From positions 2,496,001 to 2,560,000 of the forward strand of contig OY970325.1 in assembly GCA_963717145.1 (NCBI GenBank): a DNA stretch of 64,000 nucleotides, given 5' to 3'. The notes below the pieces were generated by a model. It worked only from the letters and a program-made list of their open reading frames with translations. It was not told the origin of the DNA and did no database searches. A program made the translations under genes and the position numbers. Shown piece after piece: positions 1 to 10,440 of the stretch (positions within the stretch are counted from its first letter, which is position 1; every line of letters starts with the position of its first letter). This stretch comes from an uncultured Armatimonadetes bacterium (GTDB lineage: Bacteria > Armatimonadota > UBA5829 > DTJY01).

Positions 1-237
1 CGCTTCGGCGAGATACTGCACGCTGAGGACCTCGCCGCTCTTCTGTGCCCGCATGATATTCCGCCCGACGATACCGATGAACAGCCCGCCGATGAACACC
101 ATCAGGAACATGACCCCGAGCGCCAGGAGCAGCGACTGGCCTCCCTGGCCTCGCAGTATCTCGGCCGGCCCCCCCTCGCCCTTCCGAGGGAGAGGGGTCA
201 GGGGTGAGGGTCCGAATCTATCGTCTGTTCGCATCAT
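1..237 (-). CDS. PilX/GspK-like minor pilin, N-terminal part (runs off window edge)
   Basis: Manual translation MMRTDDRFGPSPLTPLPRKGEGGPAEILRGQGGQSLLLALGVMFLMVFIGGLFIGIVGRNIMRAQKSGEVLSVQYLAEA; G|QSLLLAL hydrophobic segment and 'A/VQYLAEA' typical of PilX N-termini; ATG overlaps upstream TGA (ATGA). Confidence 0.7.
   Translation of the reverse strand, partial: MMRTDDRFGPSPLTPLPRKGEGGPAEILRGQGGQSLLLALGVMFLMVFIGGLFIGIVGRNIMRAQKSGEVLSVQYLAEA
169..210. repeat. CCCTC(G/T)CCC...GGGAGAGGGG...GGGGTGAGGG-type palindromic repeat inside the coding sequence
   Basis: ccccccctcgcccttccgagggagaggggtcaggggtgaggg, translated in frame as PSPLTPLPRKGEGG. Confidence 0.6.
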
Positions 238-2183
238 TGTGCTATGTTCCTCAACCTCACCTTGTTGGTGAGCTGTATGGCCTGAGGTTTGCCGGAACTC
301 GGGTCGTATATCCTGATGCCCATGATGACGCTCATCAGGCTCTTCGTGACGTAACTGGCGCGCAATGTGTCGCCCTTCTTGTTGTTCTGGACCTCGTAGT
401 AGACGTACACGGGATCCATACCGGGTTTTCGCGGAGGAATATCCTCCGTTCCGGGCGGAAGCTCGACTCCCGAACCCGGCTGCTGAGTCTGATACGAATG
501 GAAGAACAGGCAGGCGAGTCCGGGCTTGGCAATCGGATCTCCGTTGTTATCGACTGCCTGATAGTCAGTATCGAGTTGGTACTGGTTGAGTCCCGGCTCG
601 TACAGGTAGCTCGGCACCCGGCCGTATCTGATCGGCCGCCTGTAGTTCAGACCCGGAGCGGAGTCCGGCGCGACGACCCGCTCGGAGCCGGGGACGACAG
701 TGGACAAGGCGATCGGCGACGGTGTGGTAGTGTAACCATCGGCCGTGTTCGGCGACGGATCGTTAATGAAGAGCGAGCGGTAACGGTCCCTGAAGCTGCC
801 GGTATTCTTGTAGTTCAGGTTGATCTGATCTGTATTCGCGATCAAGCTGACCGCCATCTTGCCGGTCGGGCCGCTCAAGCTGTCACTCGCCGAGATATTC
901 ACGACCGGGAACGCGAAGTCCACCGTGCCTCTGGTCTCATCGATGGTGAAGGCCAAGTCCGGCTTGGTTGATGGAAACTCCCCGACGCCATACTTGTACC
1001 CGCCCCAATTGGGCGCATCACTGGGCCGCCCGGTCTTCGTGGCGAGGTAATGAGATATGTTGAAGATAGGATCTCCCGCGGAATTGTAAAGGATGCAACT
1101 GTGTTCCGCAATGCAGCGGTCCGCGGATGGAGCCGGACGAATAGCCCTATAGGTAACGCTGACGGGATTGCCGCTGTTGTCGTCTCTCTTGCCGGACAGG
1201 GTGACCTCGATCGGCGTCGTCCAGTAGCCGTATGTCGCCTTGTAGACGGTCGGCAGCGGGCTTCCGTGCTCCGCGTCACCGCCGAAATCGGAGGTCGGCA
1301 GCAGCGGATCGTTGTAGACCGCGGTCGGCATGAACTTGACGGTCGGGGTCAAGACCGGTTGCCCCGCCGCGTTGTATACCGGCGCGCCGCTCTGGAACTC
1401 CTGCACGATCAGGTCGACATTCTCCAGGGACACGACCGGGCGGCTGATCTTCCTCCAGGCGGCGGAATACTGTGGATCGTAGAAGAAGTTGGGATTGCGC
1501 ATATTCTCAGCGAAATGTGCGGCATCGGGATACTGGAAAAGCTGTGTAGCAGGATCGGGAGTGGCGTCGAACGGGCTGAACTCGGCCCTGTAGAGGACGT
1601 ACATGTTGTCCGCACCCTGGCTGAACTTGTTGGTATATCCATTGGCGTAAGGCAGGCTCGGATCCCTGAGACCGATGAAGTATCGCACGATGAGCTTGTC
1701 GGCGGCCAGCGGTTGTGCCGGCCTGAGTTCGAGCGGGGCTCCACAACCCTGAGCCGGGCAGCTCGGGATCGCTTCATCAAGCTCGGGCAAATCGGGATCA
1801 TGGCGCATGAACTCCCTCGTGGTGTTGCCGTGGGTAGGGCTGGTGCAGTATGCCCGCATCTTCGGCAGCACGATATCCACCTTGGCGTACAGCACCGAGA
1901 CGTTTGTCAGGCTGCCACTGGCGTCGATCATCGGGAAGTTGATCGGCTGGTTGGTATTGTCATAGATGAACATGGCATCGGCGAGTTCGCGGCTGACCTG
2001 TTCGAGCGCGAACCGGGCGTTGTCCTGCGCGCGGACCATGACCTCGGCCCGACGCGTGAAGTTGAAGGTCGAGATGACCGGCCCGAAGACGAGCCCGAGG
2101 ATTATGATCGTGAGCGCGATCACCACCAGGATCTCGACCAGCGTGAACCCTTTTCGGTTGTTCATCGTGTATTTCATCGTCAT
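234..2183 (-). CDS. Large (~650 aa) prepilin-type N-terminal cleavage/methylation protein (PilW-like)
   Basis: RKG|FTLVEILVVIAL motif; start moved downstream of the REP pair (ATG 2183, alternatives 2177 and 2165). Confidence 0.8.
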   Translation of the reverse strand: MTMKYTMNNRKGFTLVEILVVIALTIIILGLVFGPVISTFNFTRRAEVMVRAQDNARFALEQVSRELADAMFIYDNTNQPINFPMIDASGSLTNVSVLYAKVDIVLPKMRAYCTSPTHGNTTREFMRHDPDLPELDEAIPSCPAQGCGAPLELRPAQPLAADKLIVRYFIGLRDPSLPYANGYTNKFSQGADNMYVLYRAEFSPFDATPDPATQLFQYPDAAHFAENMRNPNFFYDPQYSAAWRKISRPVVSLENVDLIVQEFQSGAPVYNAAGQPVLTPTVKFMPTAVYNDPLLPTSDFGGDAEHGSPLPTVYKATYGYWTTPIEVTLSGKRDDNSGNPVSVTYRAIRPAPSADRCIAEHSCILYNSAGDPIFNISHYLATKTGRPSDAPNWGGYKYGVGEFPSTKPDLAFTIDETRGTVDFAFPVVNISASDSLSGPTGKMAVSLIANTDQINLNYKNTGSFRDRYRSLFINDPSPNTADGYTTTPSPIALSTVVPGSERVVAPDSAPGLNYRRPIRYGRVPSYLYEPGLNQYQLDTDYQAVDNNGDPIAKPGLACLFFHSYQTQQPGSGVELPPGTEDIPPRKPGMDPVYVYYEVQNNKKGDTLRASYVTKSLMSVIMGIRIYDPSSGKPQAIQLTNKVRLRNIAQ

Positions 2184-2189
2184 CCAACC

Positions 2190-2254
2190 GTAGTGGCCGT
2201 GCCTCTGTGCCGGCCTTCCGCCTGATGTGGCCGGCACAGAGGCGCGGCCACTAC
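2190..2254. repeat. GTAG-type REP doublet, family A copy 1
   Basis: gtagtggccgtgcctctgtgccggcc plus inverted copy ending ggccactac. Confidence 0.9.
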
Positions 2255-2261
2255 AGGATCA

Positions 2262-4097
2262 TCAATCTTGCAGACGCATCAAGTACGTCTGAAGATCGAC
2301 CTTTCGCCACTGGCCGCCGTTGAATCCGCGGCCACCCTCGCGCCAGATCACCCTCGTGCCTACCGACACGCCGTATACCTTCGCGATTCGGATGATCTCG
2401 ACATCCGTCACGTTGGCTCCTCGAAGCCTTGCGATTCGAACCACGGGGTCAATGTAGCATGTGCCAATGGCCCCCGAGGCCAGCGAAGTCTGGTACGTGT
2501 CGCCTATTGCGTTGTGGTATTCGTAGTTGCTGCCAACCTTGATGCGATAGGTGTAGTCGAGCGCAACACTCATGCCGGAGTAGCACCTGGCGAAGTATAT
2601 CTTGTCACTGAAATACGGGACATCGTCGCCCGCCGTGTTCTCCGACCCATACCACTCCCGATAGTCGAGTGCAGTCGTCGAACCGGTTCCCAAATTGTAG
2701 CTCCGACGGTACGTCTCATAGGTCTTGAAGACCTGGAGCCCCCAGTCGCCCTCGGCGCGGTAGTAGATGCGGAACGTCCGCCCGGCCATGCTGCCGTGGA
2801 ACCGAATGATGCCGTCCTTGTAGTTCACGGCCATGATCGGCAGACCATCGACTGGACTGATGCTCGCCTCGTTGAACCACTCGCCCGTCTGGATATCTAT
2901 CGCCAATATGCCGAATTGAAGTGCGGGATCAGGCGACAATCCCGCGTAGTTGCTGCCATCCATCTCGACGGTGGGCGCCTGGTTCGGATTGGCCACGTTA
3001 GTCGGTCCGACATTCTTGATGAACCGGAGGGTCAGTTTTGCATCGAGATCGGTCTGACTGGTGATCAGCGCCTGCTCGGGGATCTTCCGCTCCTCGCGGA
3101 TGATATGCCAGTCGAGCACGTCGTAGTCGATATAGGCGGTCAACTGCACAGTCCCCCATGCCGTGACTTCCTCGTAACCGTGACCGGCCGGGTTGAAGGC
3201 AAGGACGCCGCGGACGTTGTCGAGGACCTTGTACTGGTACGGGTTGTCCGGCGACCAGGGATCGCCGATATTGAGAATCTCGTCGAACTTCCTGCTCACC
3301 GTTTCACTGCCCGCATCGATGCCGACAAATCCGGTCTCGTCCTTCACATGCGGCGACAACCCGGATGGGATCTCCACGATACCCATGTCGGATGGGCCGG
3401 TCAAAGCCGGAACAGGGACCGTCACGCTGAGGACCGGCCTCAGTTCGGGACGGCCACTCGCATTCTTGATCCAGTACGAATACGATATGACGAAATTGCG
3501 ATCATAGGTCATCGGCCGAACGTAGAGAAGGGCCTCATCGTAATCTATCGCGTAGTCCGAGGAACTCCTGATCCTGTCCTCAGGTACATCCCGTCTTCGC
3601 ATCGGGCCGCTTCGGACCTTGATGGAATCGGTCCCGGTCCACTCGATCGGGCTGAAGTTCAGCACGTACATCGAGATATCGCCCCATGCCGGTGTGGACA
3701 TGGGCGCGGGTATCTTGGTCGACTCGCTGTATATGCGGCGGAACTTGTTGACGTCCGAATAGTAGTAAGGATTCGCGCCACCGGCGGCGACCATAGGACC
3801 GAGACCGGGCAGTTCGCCCATATCCTCGGGATCCATGTCGATGAGTACGGTGCCCGTCACGATGTCATAGCCCAGGATGCCGGCCGGGAGATTCGCGGTC
3901 GTACCCTTGAGTCGCTCCAGTTCGGACTGGGCCAGACGATTCGCGAGGGTGAAGTTCTCGCTCTGCTTGACGATGAAGAATCCCGGGGGAAAGAGGCGGA
4001 CGATAACCAGTATGCCGATCACGAATACTGCGAGCGCTGCAAGCACCTCGACCAGCGACATACCACGCTTATCCAGGATGTGAGTCCGAAGCCGCAT
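2262..4097 (-). CDS. Large (~610 aa) prepilin-type protein (PilV-like N-terminus)
   Basis: KRG|MSLVEVLAALAVFVIGIL motif, then ANRLAQSELERLK; start uncertain (4097 or up to 4157). Confidence 0.8.
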   Translation of the reverse strand: MRLRTHILDKRGMSLVEVLAALAVFVIGILVIVRLFPPGFFIVKQSENFTLANRLAQSELERLKGTTANLPAGILGYDIVTGTVLIDMDPEDMGELPGLGPMVAAGGANPYYYSDVNKFRRIYSESTKIPAPMSTPAWGDISMYVLNFSPIEWTGTDSIKVRSGPMRRRDVPEDRIRSSSDYAIDYDEALLYVRPMTYDRNFVISYSYWIKNASGRPELRPVLSVTVPVPALTGPSDMGIVEIPSGLSPHVKDETGFVGIDAGSETVSRKFDEILNIGDPWSPDNPYQYKVLDNVRGVLAFNPAGHGYEEVTAWGTVQLTAYIDYDVLDWHIIREERKIPEQALITSQTDLDAKLTLRFIKNVGPTNVANPNQAPTVEMDGSNYAGLSPDPALQFGILAIDIQTGEWFNEASISPVDGLPIMAVNYKDGIIRFHGSMAGRTFRIYYRAEGDWGLQVFKTYETYRRSYNLGTGSTTALDYREWYGSENTAGDDVPYFSDKIYFARCYSGMSVALDYTYRIKVGSNYEYHNAIGDTYQTSLASGAIGTCYIDPVVRIARLRGANVTDVEIIRIAKVYGVSVGTRVIWREGGRGFNGGQWRKVDLQTYLMRLQD

Positions 4098-4329
4098 GAG
4101 CTTCACCAACTGTCCAGTCAAAAATAGAGCGCCCCTTGCGCGCGCTCGCATAGCCATTCTTCAGCTTAGCTCTGAATGGCAAGCGGTTGCACTAACCTGT
4201 AAAAAGTCGAAGGGCGCGTAGAATCCGCGATCTCTGCCTTGCCTGGAGGCCCCGTGTGCCTCATTTTTTCGACTATCCCAAGACGCGAAATGTTCCCTCC
4301 TGAGACGATGGAGAGAGCTTCAGAGGTCA

Positions 4330-5124
4330 CTACATCGCGTTCTTCCAGACATCCCACCACGTGCTGGTCGCCGGATCACCTGGATAGACCTGCGTCGTGG
4401 CAATCGGCTTCACATGTCCGTCCAGGAAGAGCACAAGCTCCATGCTGCCGGCCTGCACGACAGTGCCGCTCAACTGCCGGTGGTAGCTGCACCAGGTGAC
4501 CACCGTGTCCTCGGGCGGGATCTTCCATCTGAGCTGACGCATGAACTCGGGATGCAGCGCCGCCCACGCGGCGTTCGTGGCCGGCGGCGTCGGATCCTGC
4601 CAGACCAGCGAGTAGTGGACCTCGTATTGGGTGCCTGGTACGTTCCTCGGGACCTGGATGTCGTATGAACTGAACGGGTAGACCGGATAGGCCGCGCCTC
4701 CTATGCCCGTGCCCCGGAAGCCGCTCACCTGATTGAACAGCGGATCGGGTATGGGTAGGTGAGGCTGAAACTCCTTCTTGGTGCCATTCCGGGCCGCTAC
4801 CGGGCAGACGAGGATCTGGACAGCCTTGATGTACTCGGGGTAGAGCGAACGCGCCGTCCCGTTCACGACGCCGGCTACGTCCTTGATCTGCACACTCCCG
4901 GTGAGATTCGCGGGACCGCAGATGAAGTCGGGATACCTGCCCTCGTTCTGCTGGAACGACTTCAGAGCAGTCCATATCTGGCTCATGTTGTTGAGGCACT
5001 GGGTCTTCTTCGCGTTCTCCCTGGACGATGCGATCACGGGGAAAAGAAATGCCGCCAGCACCCCGATGATTGCTATGACCGTCAACAACTCGATTAGCGT
5101 GAAACCACTTCGTCTCTTCAGCAT
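4330..5124 (-). CDS. Prepilin-type protein with H-Xn-DG C-terminal motif (DUF1559-like)
   Basis: RSG|FTLIELLTVIAIIGVLAAFLFPV...TQCLNNMSQI; C-terminal YH...LFLDGHVK; GGAGG before ATG 5124. Confidence 0.8.
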   Translation of the reverse strand: MLKRRSGFTLIELLTVIAIIGVLAAFLFPVIASSRENAKKTQCLNNMSQIWTALKSFQQNEGRYPDFICGPANLTGSVQIKDVAGVVNGTARSLYPEYIKAVQILVCPVAARNGTKKEFQPHLPIPDPLFNQVSGFRGTGIGGAAYPVYPFSSYDIQVPRNVPGTQYEVHYSLVWQDPTPPATNAAWAALHPEFMRQLRWKIPPEDTVVTWCSYHRQLSGTVVQAGSMELVLFLDGHVKPIATTQVYPGDPATSTWWDVWKNAM

Positions 5125-5156
5125 TCTAGGTTCCTCCATCGTCGGAACGGTCTGAC

Positions 5157-5996
5157 TCAACTCAGCCCGACGTAGTTTCTCCAGATCTCAATCAGTTCGT
5201 TGCCATAGAAAATCGTGATGATCGCGCCGGCGACCATCATCGGGCCGAACGGCACATAGTCCTTACGCGTCTTCTTGCCAATCGCGATGAGGCCGACCCC
5301 GATGATGCTACCGAGGGCCACGGCCAGGAAAAATGAGAGGAGCGCGTGGCCGAGAACCAGGTTCGCTCCGATCGCCGCTGCGAGTTTGACATCTCCGCCG
5401 CCGAGTGCCTCCTTCTTGAAGGCATAGTAGCTCAGAGTCGCTATCGCCAGGAAGATCCCGCCGCTGACCAGCATCCCGATTATCGACTGCAGCATCGGGA
5501 GCCCGTTCGCGAGCCCCGGAAACGGCAGGTGGTACAGCTCATAACCCTCACGCCTGAGCGCCAGGCCGATCACTTCGTGGCCGATGCCTATCACGATGCC
5601 GAAGATGCTGAGCTGGTCGGGTATGATCCAGTGATCCAGATCGATGCAGAACACAGCTATCAGGGACGCCCCGAACAGCGCGAACGCCACAAAGGTCAGC
5701 AGGTCGTACCCGTATACAAAATACAGAACCGCGAAGAAAACCGCTGTGATTAACTCCACGGTAAAGTAACGCCAACTGATCGGCTCTCCGCAATACCGGC
5801 ACTTGCACCGTTGTGCAAGGAAACTGAACAGCGGCACCAGGTCCCATGCCCTCAGAAGCGTATCGCACTTCGGGCAATGGGAAGCCGGCTTCATTATAGA
5901 TTCATCCCTCGGCAGCCGCCAGATCAGAACGTTCAGGAAGCTCCCGACGACCGCCCCATAGACAGACGCTATCGCTATCCAAAACCATTCGGACAT
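5157..5996 (-). CDS. pilD: Prepilin peptidase/N-methyltransferase
   Basis: GSFLNVLIWRLP, CPKC/CRYC, GGGDVKL, VPFGP motifs. Confidence 0.95.
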   Translation of the reverse strand: MSEWFWIAIASVYGAVVGSFLNVLIWRLPRDESIMKPASHCPKCDTLLRAWDLVPLFSFLAQRCKCRYCGEPISWRYFTVELITAVFFAVLYFVYGYDLLTFVAFALFGASLIAVFCIDLDHWIIPDQLSIFGIVIGIGHEVIGLALRREGYELYHLPFPGLANGLPMLQSIIGMLVSGGIFLAIATLSYYAFKKEALGGGDVKLAAAIGANLVLGHALLSFFLAVALGSIIGVGLIAIGKKTRKDYVPFGPMMVAGAIITIFYGNELIEIWRNYVGLS

Positions 5997-6020
5997 ACGG
6001 GAATCCGCTCTTCCTAAGCT

Positions 6021-7247
6021 CTAGTTAGCCTGAGTCAGGTTCGTGATAACGGCCAGCAGCGGCATGAACATGGCAACGACAATGAAGCCAACCGCGCCGC
6101 CCAGGAATACGATCATCAAAGGCTCGATCGATGCCGTCAGGCTCTGCAGCGCGACATCTACCTCCGACTCATAGAAGTCGGCGATCTTGTTCAGCATCTG
6201 GTCGAGCGCGCCGGATTCCTCGCCGATATTGATCATCTGCACGACCATCGGTGGGAACAACTTGCTCTTCTGAAGCGGGTCACCGATCCGGTCGCCTTCG
6301 CGGATCCTTGTTCTCGCTTCAAGGATCGCATCGCCGATGATCTCGTTTGCGACAGTGCCGGCGACTGTTTCCATCGCCTGAAGGATCGGGACACCACTGG
6401 TCAACAGAGTGCCAAGTGTCCGCGAGAACCGGGCAAGGCATATCTTGTGGTTCAGCTTGCCGAAGACCGGCGCCTTGAGCTTGAACCAGTCGAAACTACG
6501 CCGGCCGATCTTCGTCTTGATGAACATCCTGAAAGCCGTGACGAACACCACGAGACTGATGATCATGATGTACCACTTGCTCGTGAGGAAGTGGCTGAAG
6601 TTCATCAGCATCAACGTCATCGACGGCATGTCCGTGTCCTTCATGCCGAGTTCCTTGAACAGGTCCATGAACTTCGGCAGGATGATGGTAACCAGTCCGA
6701 TAACGATGACGAGAGCGACCACCATGACGATACACGGATAGGTCATCGCACCCTTGACTTTTCGTCGCAGCTCCATGTCCTTTTCGAGGAACGTGGACAA
6801 TCTCTGCAGACTCTCCTCGAGAGCGCCGCCGACCTCACCTGCCCGAACCAGACCAATGAACAGGTTGCTGAAGATGTTCGGGTACTTGGCCATCGACTTG
6901 GAAAGCGTCTGTCCGGCCTGGACTTCCTGCTCGATATCAGCGATCACGCGGCGGAGTTTTGGGCTCTGGGTCTGCTCGCCGAGAACGTTCAAGCATCGAA
7001 CGAGCGAGACGCCGGCATCTACCATGGTGGAGAACTGCCGGCAGAAGATCGACAGATCGCTGAGCTTGACGTACCCGAAACCGCCGCCGGGCGATTTCGG
7101 TTTCGTGGTCTTGACCTGCTGGATCTTCATGACCACGTAGCCCTGTTCCTGAAGCTTGCGTGCCAGTGCGGCTTCGGTTTCGGACTCCGAAGCCCCCTGT
7201 CTAAGCGCTCCCGTGCTATCTTTGAATGTATAAGCAAAACTTGGCAT
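6021..7247 (-). CDS. pilC: Type IV pilus platform protein (GspF/PilC)
   Basis: FCRQFSTMVDAGV, AGEVGG, GEESGALDQML motifs. Confidence 0.95.
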   Translation of the reverse strand: MPSFAYTFKDSTGALRQGASESETEAALARKLQEQGYVVMKIQQVKTTKPKSPGGGFGYVKLSDLSIFCRQFSTMVDAGVSLVRCLNVLGEQTQSPKLRRVIADIEQEVQAGQTLSKSMAKYPNIFSNLFIGLVRAGEVGGALEESLQRLSTFLEKDMELRRKVKGAMTYPCIVMVVALVIVIGLVTIILPKFMDLFKELGMKDTDMPSMTLMLMNFSHFLTSKWYIMIISLVVFVTAFRMFIKTKIGRRSFDWFKLKAPVFGKLNHKICLARFSRTLGTLLTSGVPILQAMETVAGTVANEIIGDAILEARTRIREGDRIGDPLQKSKLFPPMVVQMINIGEESGALDQMLNKIADFYESEVDVALQSLTASIEPLMIVFLGGAVGFIVVAMFMPLLAVITNLTQAN

Positions 7248-7292
7248 CGAAGATCACCTCCCACGCGGCATGCAAAGCCGGTGGCATTTTCC

Positions 7293-8468
7293 CTATTGGT
7301 TACCGTTAGTGTTCGGTCTTGAGCCCTGGCGTCCACCGGAAGTGCCTGAGGACACCATCGTCTTGAATTCCATCGCGTTCATGGCGCGAGAGAGGGCCTC
7401 GTCGTAGCTGACCATGCCCCTCTGGTATAGATCGCGCAGGCTCTGATCCATCGTCTGCATGCCAAGGTTCGCGCTCGTCTGTATAGCGGAAGTGAGCTGG
7501 TGAGCCTTGGCCTCGCGGATCAGATTGCGGATAGCGGGCGATGCGATCATGATCTCCATGGCGCAGATCCGGCCGGGAGTGCCCGCCCTCGGAAGGAGTG
7601 CCTGGCAGACGACCGCCTCCAGGTTGTTCGACAGCATGAACCTGATCTGTTCCTGCTGCTCGGGAGGGAAGACGTCCACCATTCGGTCTACAGTCTGCGG
7701 CGCGTTGTTGGTGTGCAGTGTGGCAAACACCAGGTGACCGGTTTCAGCGCAGGTGATCGCCGTCGAAATCGTCTCCAGGTCGCGCATCTCACCGACCAGG
7801 ATCACGTCCGGGTCCTCGCGGAGAGCGGCTCGAAGCGAATTTGCGAACGATCTTGTGTCCTGCCCGAGTTCGCGTTGGTTGATGACACTCATCTTGTGCT
7901 GGTGAAGATACTCGATCGGGTCTTCGATCGTGATGATGTGGTGAGCCACCTCGCTGTTGATCTGGTTGATCATGGCGGCCAGGGTGGTCGACTTGCCCGA
8001 GCCGGTCGGTCCGGTAACGAGAACGAGTCCGCGGGGCTTCCTGCAGAGGTCCTCGAGGATGGCCGGAAGGCCCAACTCCTTGATCGTCGGGATCCTGGTA
8101 GGGATGACCCGGAATGCGGTGGCAACGTTTCCCTTGTCGCGATAGATGTTGACCCTGAAGCGCGAGAGCTTGGCAATGGAGTACGAGAAGTCGAGTTCCA
8201 GGTTCGATTCAAACCGCTGTATCTGTTCGTCGGTGAGGATATCGTATACCAGCCTCTGACTGTCGCGAGGGGTCAGTCTGTCATAGTTGGTATGGATGAG
8301 CTTGCCGTCCAGCCGCAGAACCGGCGGCACACCAACGGCCAGGTGCAAGTCGGATGAGCCCTTCTCGACGATCAGCCGCAGCAGATCATCGATATGCACG
8401 TCGTCAAGAGGGATCGTTTTTGCCGCCGGACGCGGCGGCATCTGAGTTGTCATCGTAGCGTCCTGCAA
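7293..8468 (-). CDS. pilT: Type IV pilus retraction ATPase
   Basis: GPTGSGKSTT, ALREDPDVILVGEMRD, AIRNLIRE. Confidence 0.95.
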   Translation of the reverse strand: MQDATMTTQMPPRPAAKTIPLDDVHIDDLLRLIVEKGSSDLHLAVGVPPVLRLDGKLIHTNYDRLTPRDSQRLVYDILTDEQIQRFESNLELDFSYSIAKLSRFRVNIYRDKGNVATAFRVIPTRIPTIKELGLPAILEDLCRKPRGLVLVTGPTGSGKSTTLAAMINQINSEVAHHIITIEDPIEYLHQHKMSVINQRELGQDTRSFANSLRAALREDPDVILVGEMRDLETISTAITCAETGHLVFATLHTNNAPQTVDRMVDVFPPEQQEQIRFMLSNNLEAVVCQALLPRAGTPGRICAMEIMIASPAIRNLIREAKAHQLTSAIQTSANLGMQTMDQSLRDLYQRGMVSYDEALSRAMNAMEFKTMVSSGTSGGRQGSRPNTNGNQ

Positions 8469-8492
8469 ATCACACCTCCGGAAAATGGTGCA

Positions 8493-8560
8493 TGGTTGAT
8501 GGCTAATGGTTAATGGTTAATGGTGTTTCATTAACCATCAATCATTGACCACCAACCATC
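8493..8560. repeat. Heptamer tandem repeat (TGGTTRA)n with inverted complementary array
   Basis: ggttgatggctaatggttaatggttaatgg ... ttaaccatcaatcattgaccaccaaccatc. Confidence 0.8.
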
Positions 8561-8564
8561 CAAT

Positions 8565-10354
8565 CTAATGTTGTCCCGCTGTGAAGACTACCTTTCGTAT
8601 CTCCTCGGCGGTGGTTACGTGCGACAGCACCTTCTCGAGACCGTCGTCTCGAAGCTCCGTCATTCCGTTGGCCTTCGCTGCCTCACGGATGTCGGCGAGC
8701 GGCGCTCGTCGCACGACCAACTCGGCGATTTCGTCGTTCATGCACATCATCTCATGGATACCTGTCCTACCCTTATAGCCGGTGTGCCTGCATACCTCGC
8801 ATCCACGTCCTCTGGCCAGGGTGAGAACCTCATCCTTCTCCTTGGGCTGATAGCCGAGAATGCGAAGTTCGGATGCAGGAATCTGATACTCCTCTTTGCA
8901 GTTGGAGCAGACCTTTCGGGCCAGTCTCTGTGCGATAACACCGATGACCGTCGCGGAGATCAGGTACGGCTCGACGCCCATATCCACCATTCGGATGACG
9001 GCGGACGGAGCGTTGTTCGTGTGCAGAGTCGAAAGCACCAGGTGACCTGTGAGCGACGCCTCGACTGCGATCTCGGCGGTCTCCAGGTCGCGCATCTCTC
9101 CGACCATGATGATATCCGGGTCTTGCCTGAGGAACGATCGAAGGGCGGTTCCGAATGTCAGTCCCGCCTTGACGTTGACCTGCACCTGAGAGATACCGGT
9201 CAACTGATACTCGACCGGGTCTTCGACGGTGATGATGTTCTTGTCTACCGAGTTGATCTTGTGGAGAACTGAATACTGAGTTGTGGTCTTTCCGCTGCCG
9301 GTAGGTCCTGTCAACAGCACCATACCGTTCGGCTGAACGATAAGCTCTTCGAGTCTGGCCAGGTTCGAGGGGCAAACCCCAGCTTGGTCAGACCGATCAT
9401 GACGCTCGATTTGTCGAGGATTCGGCATACGATCTTCTCGCCATAGACCGTCGGGAGGCAGCTCACACGAAGGTCGTAGTCCTTGCCGTCCTTCCGAACG
9501 CCGATACGTCCGTCCTGCGGAACACGCCGCTCGGCGATGTTCATATCGGCCATGATCTTGAATCGCGAGATGAGAGGCGCCTGGATGTACTTCGGTACGG
9601 TCATCTCTTCGTGCAGGACGCCGTCAACACGGTACCTGACCCGGACATGGCGTCTGTCGGGCTCCACATGCACATCACTGGCGCCCATCGCGACCGCCTG
9701 CTGGATGACGATATTGGCAACCTTGATGATCGGGGCTTCTTCCGCAACCTTGGCCAGCGCATCGACATCTTCCTCGTCGGCCTCTCCGCGCGACTTGTAC
9801 GAATCGATCGCGTCCTGAACACTGGCGAGTCCTCCGCCGCCGCCGCCACCGCCGGATGGTATCTGCAAGCCAGGCACCGCGCTCACGACGCCACCGCCGC
9901 CATTGCCACTTGCCCCGTCACCGCCGGTGTAGTTGCGATCAATGGCGTCAAGGATGGCAACCTCAGTTGACAAGGCGGGCGCGATCCGCATCTTGGTGAC
10001 CGACCGCAGGTCGTCAAGCGCCATGATGTTGTTGACATCTGCCATGGCAACGGTGAGACTATTGCCATTCTTGAAGAATGGCATGACCTTGTGGCGTCTG
10101 GCCATGTTCTCGGGCACGGCGTTGAGCGCGTTGGGATCGATCCGCTGCGTGGTCAAGTCCACGAAGGGTATATTGAGCTGGCGAGCTTTCGCCTGCATGA
10201 CCTGCTTCTCATTGGCGAAGCCCAGGTCGATGACCAGTTGCCCGATCTCCCCAGGCGCAGTCTTCTGCGCATCTCTGACCTGCTCGAGTTGCTCCAAGGT
10301 GATCACCTGCGCCTCGACCAGCAGATCTGCTATGTCCTTTCTCATTGTTGCCAT
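8565..10354 (-). CDS. pilB: Type IV pilus assembly ATPase, split by one frameshift near 9370
   Basis: ORF 9311-10354 ([17 protein letters not shown]) plus ORF 8565-9428 ([16 protein letters not shown], CxxC pairs); one extra base in the G4 run at 9369-9372 restores [13 protein letters not shown] and a 596-aa protein. Confidence 0.9.
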
Positions 10355-10405
10355 ATCTTAACGGCCTCCCAATTTCGTGCCGGAAGCTCAAGGGTAGTCC
10401 GAGGC

Positions 10406-10434
10406 ATTATAGCATTCCGGGCTGACTGCCGCAA
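10406..10434 (-). promoter_or_regulatory. Sigma70-type promoter of the pil operon
   Basis: TTGCGG-17-TATAAT with TG extension on the minus strand. Confidence 0.55.
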
Positions 10435-10440
10435 CCGTCC

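Noticed and set aside
204-4127. Long plus-strand ORFs (255, 391 and 619 aa), and similar ones at 19726-22411, 28974-30377 and 32437-33795
   Set aside because: Antisense shadows of well-supported minus-strand genes in GC-rich DNA, with no recognisable motifs
4160-4330. Possible c-di-GMP-II riboswitch (GGCAC ... AGTGCAACCG on the minus strand) between pilin genes
   Set aside because: Only short motif fragments; spacing and stems do not fit convincingly without a covariance search
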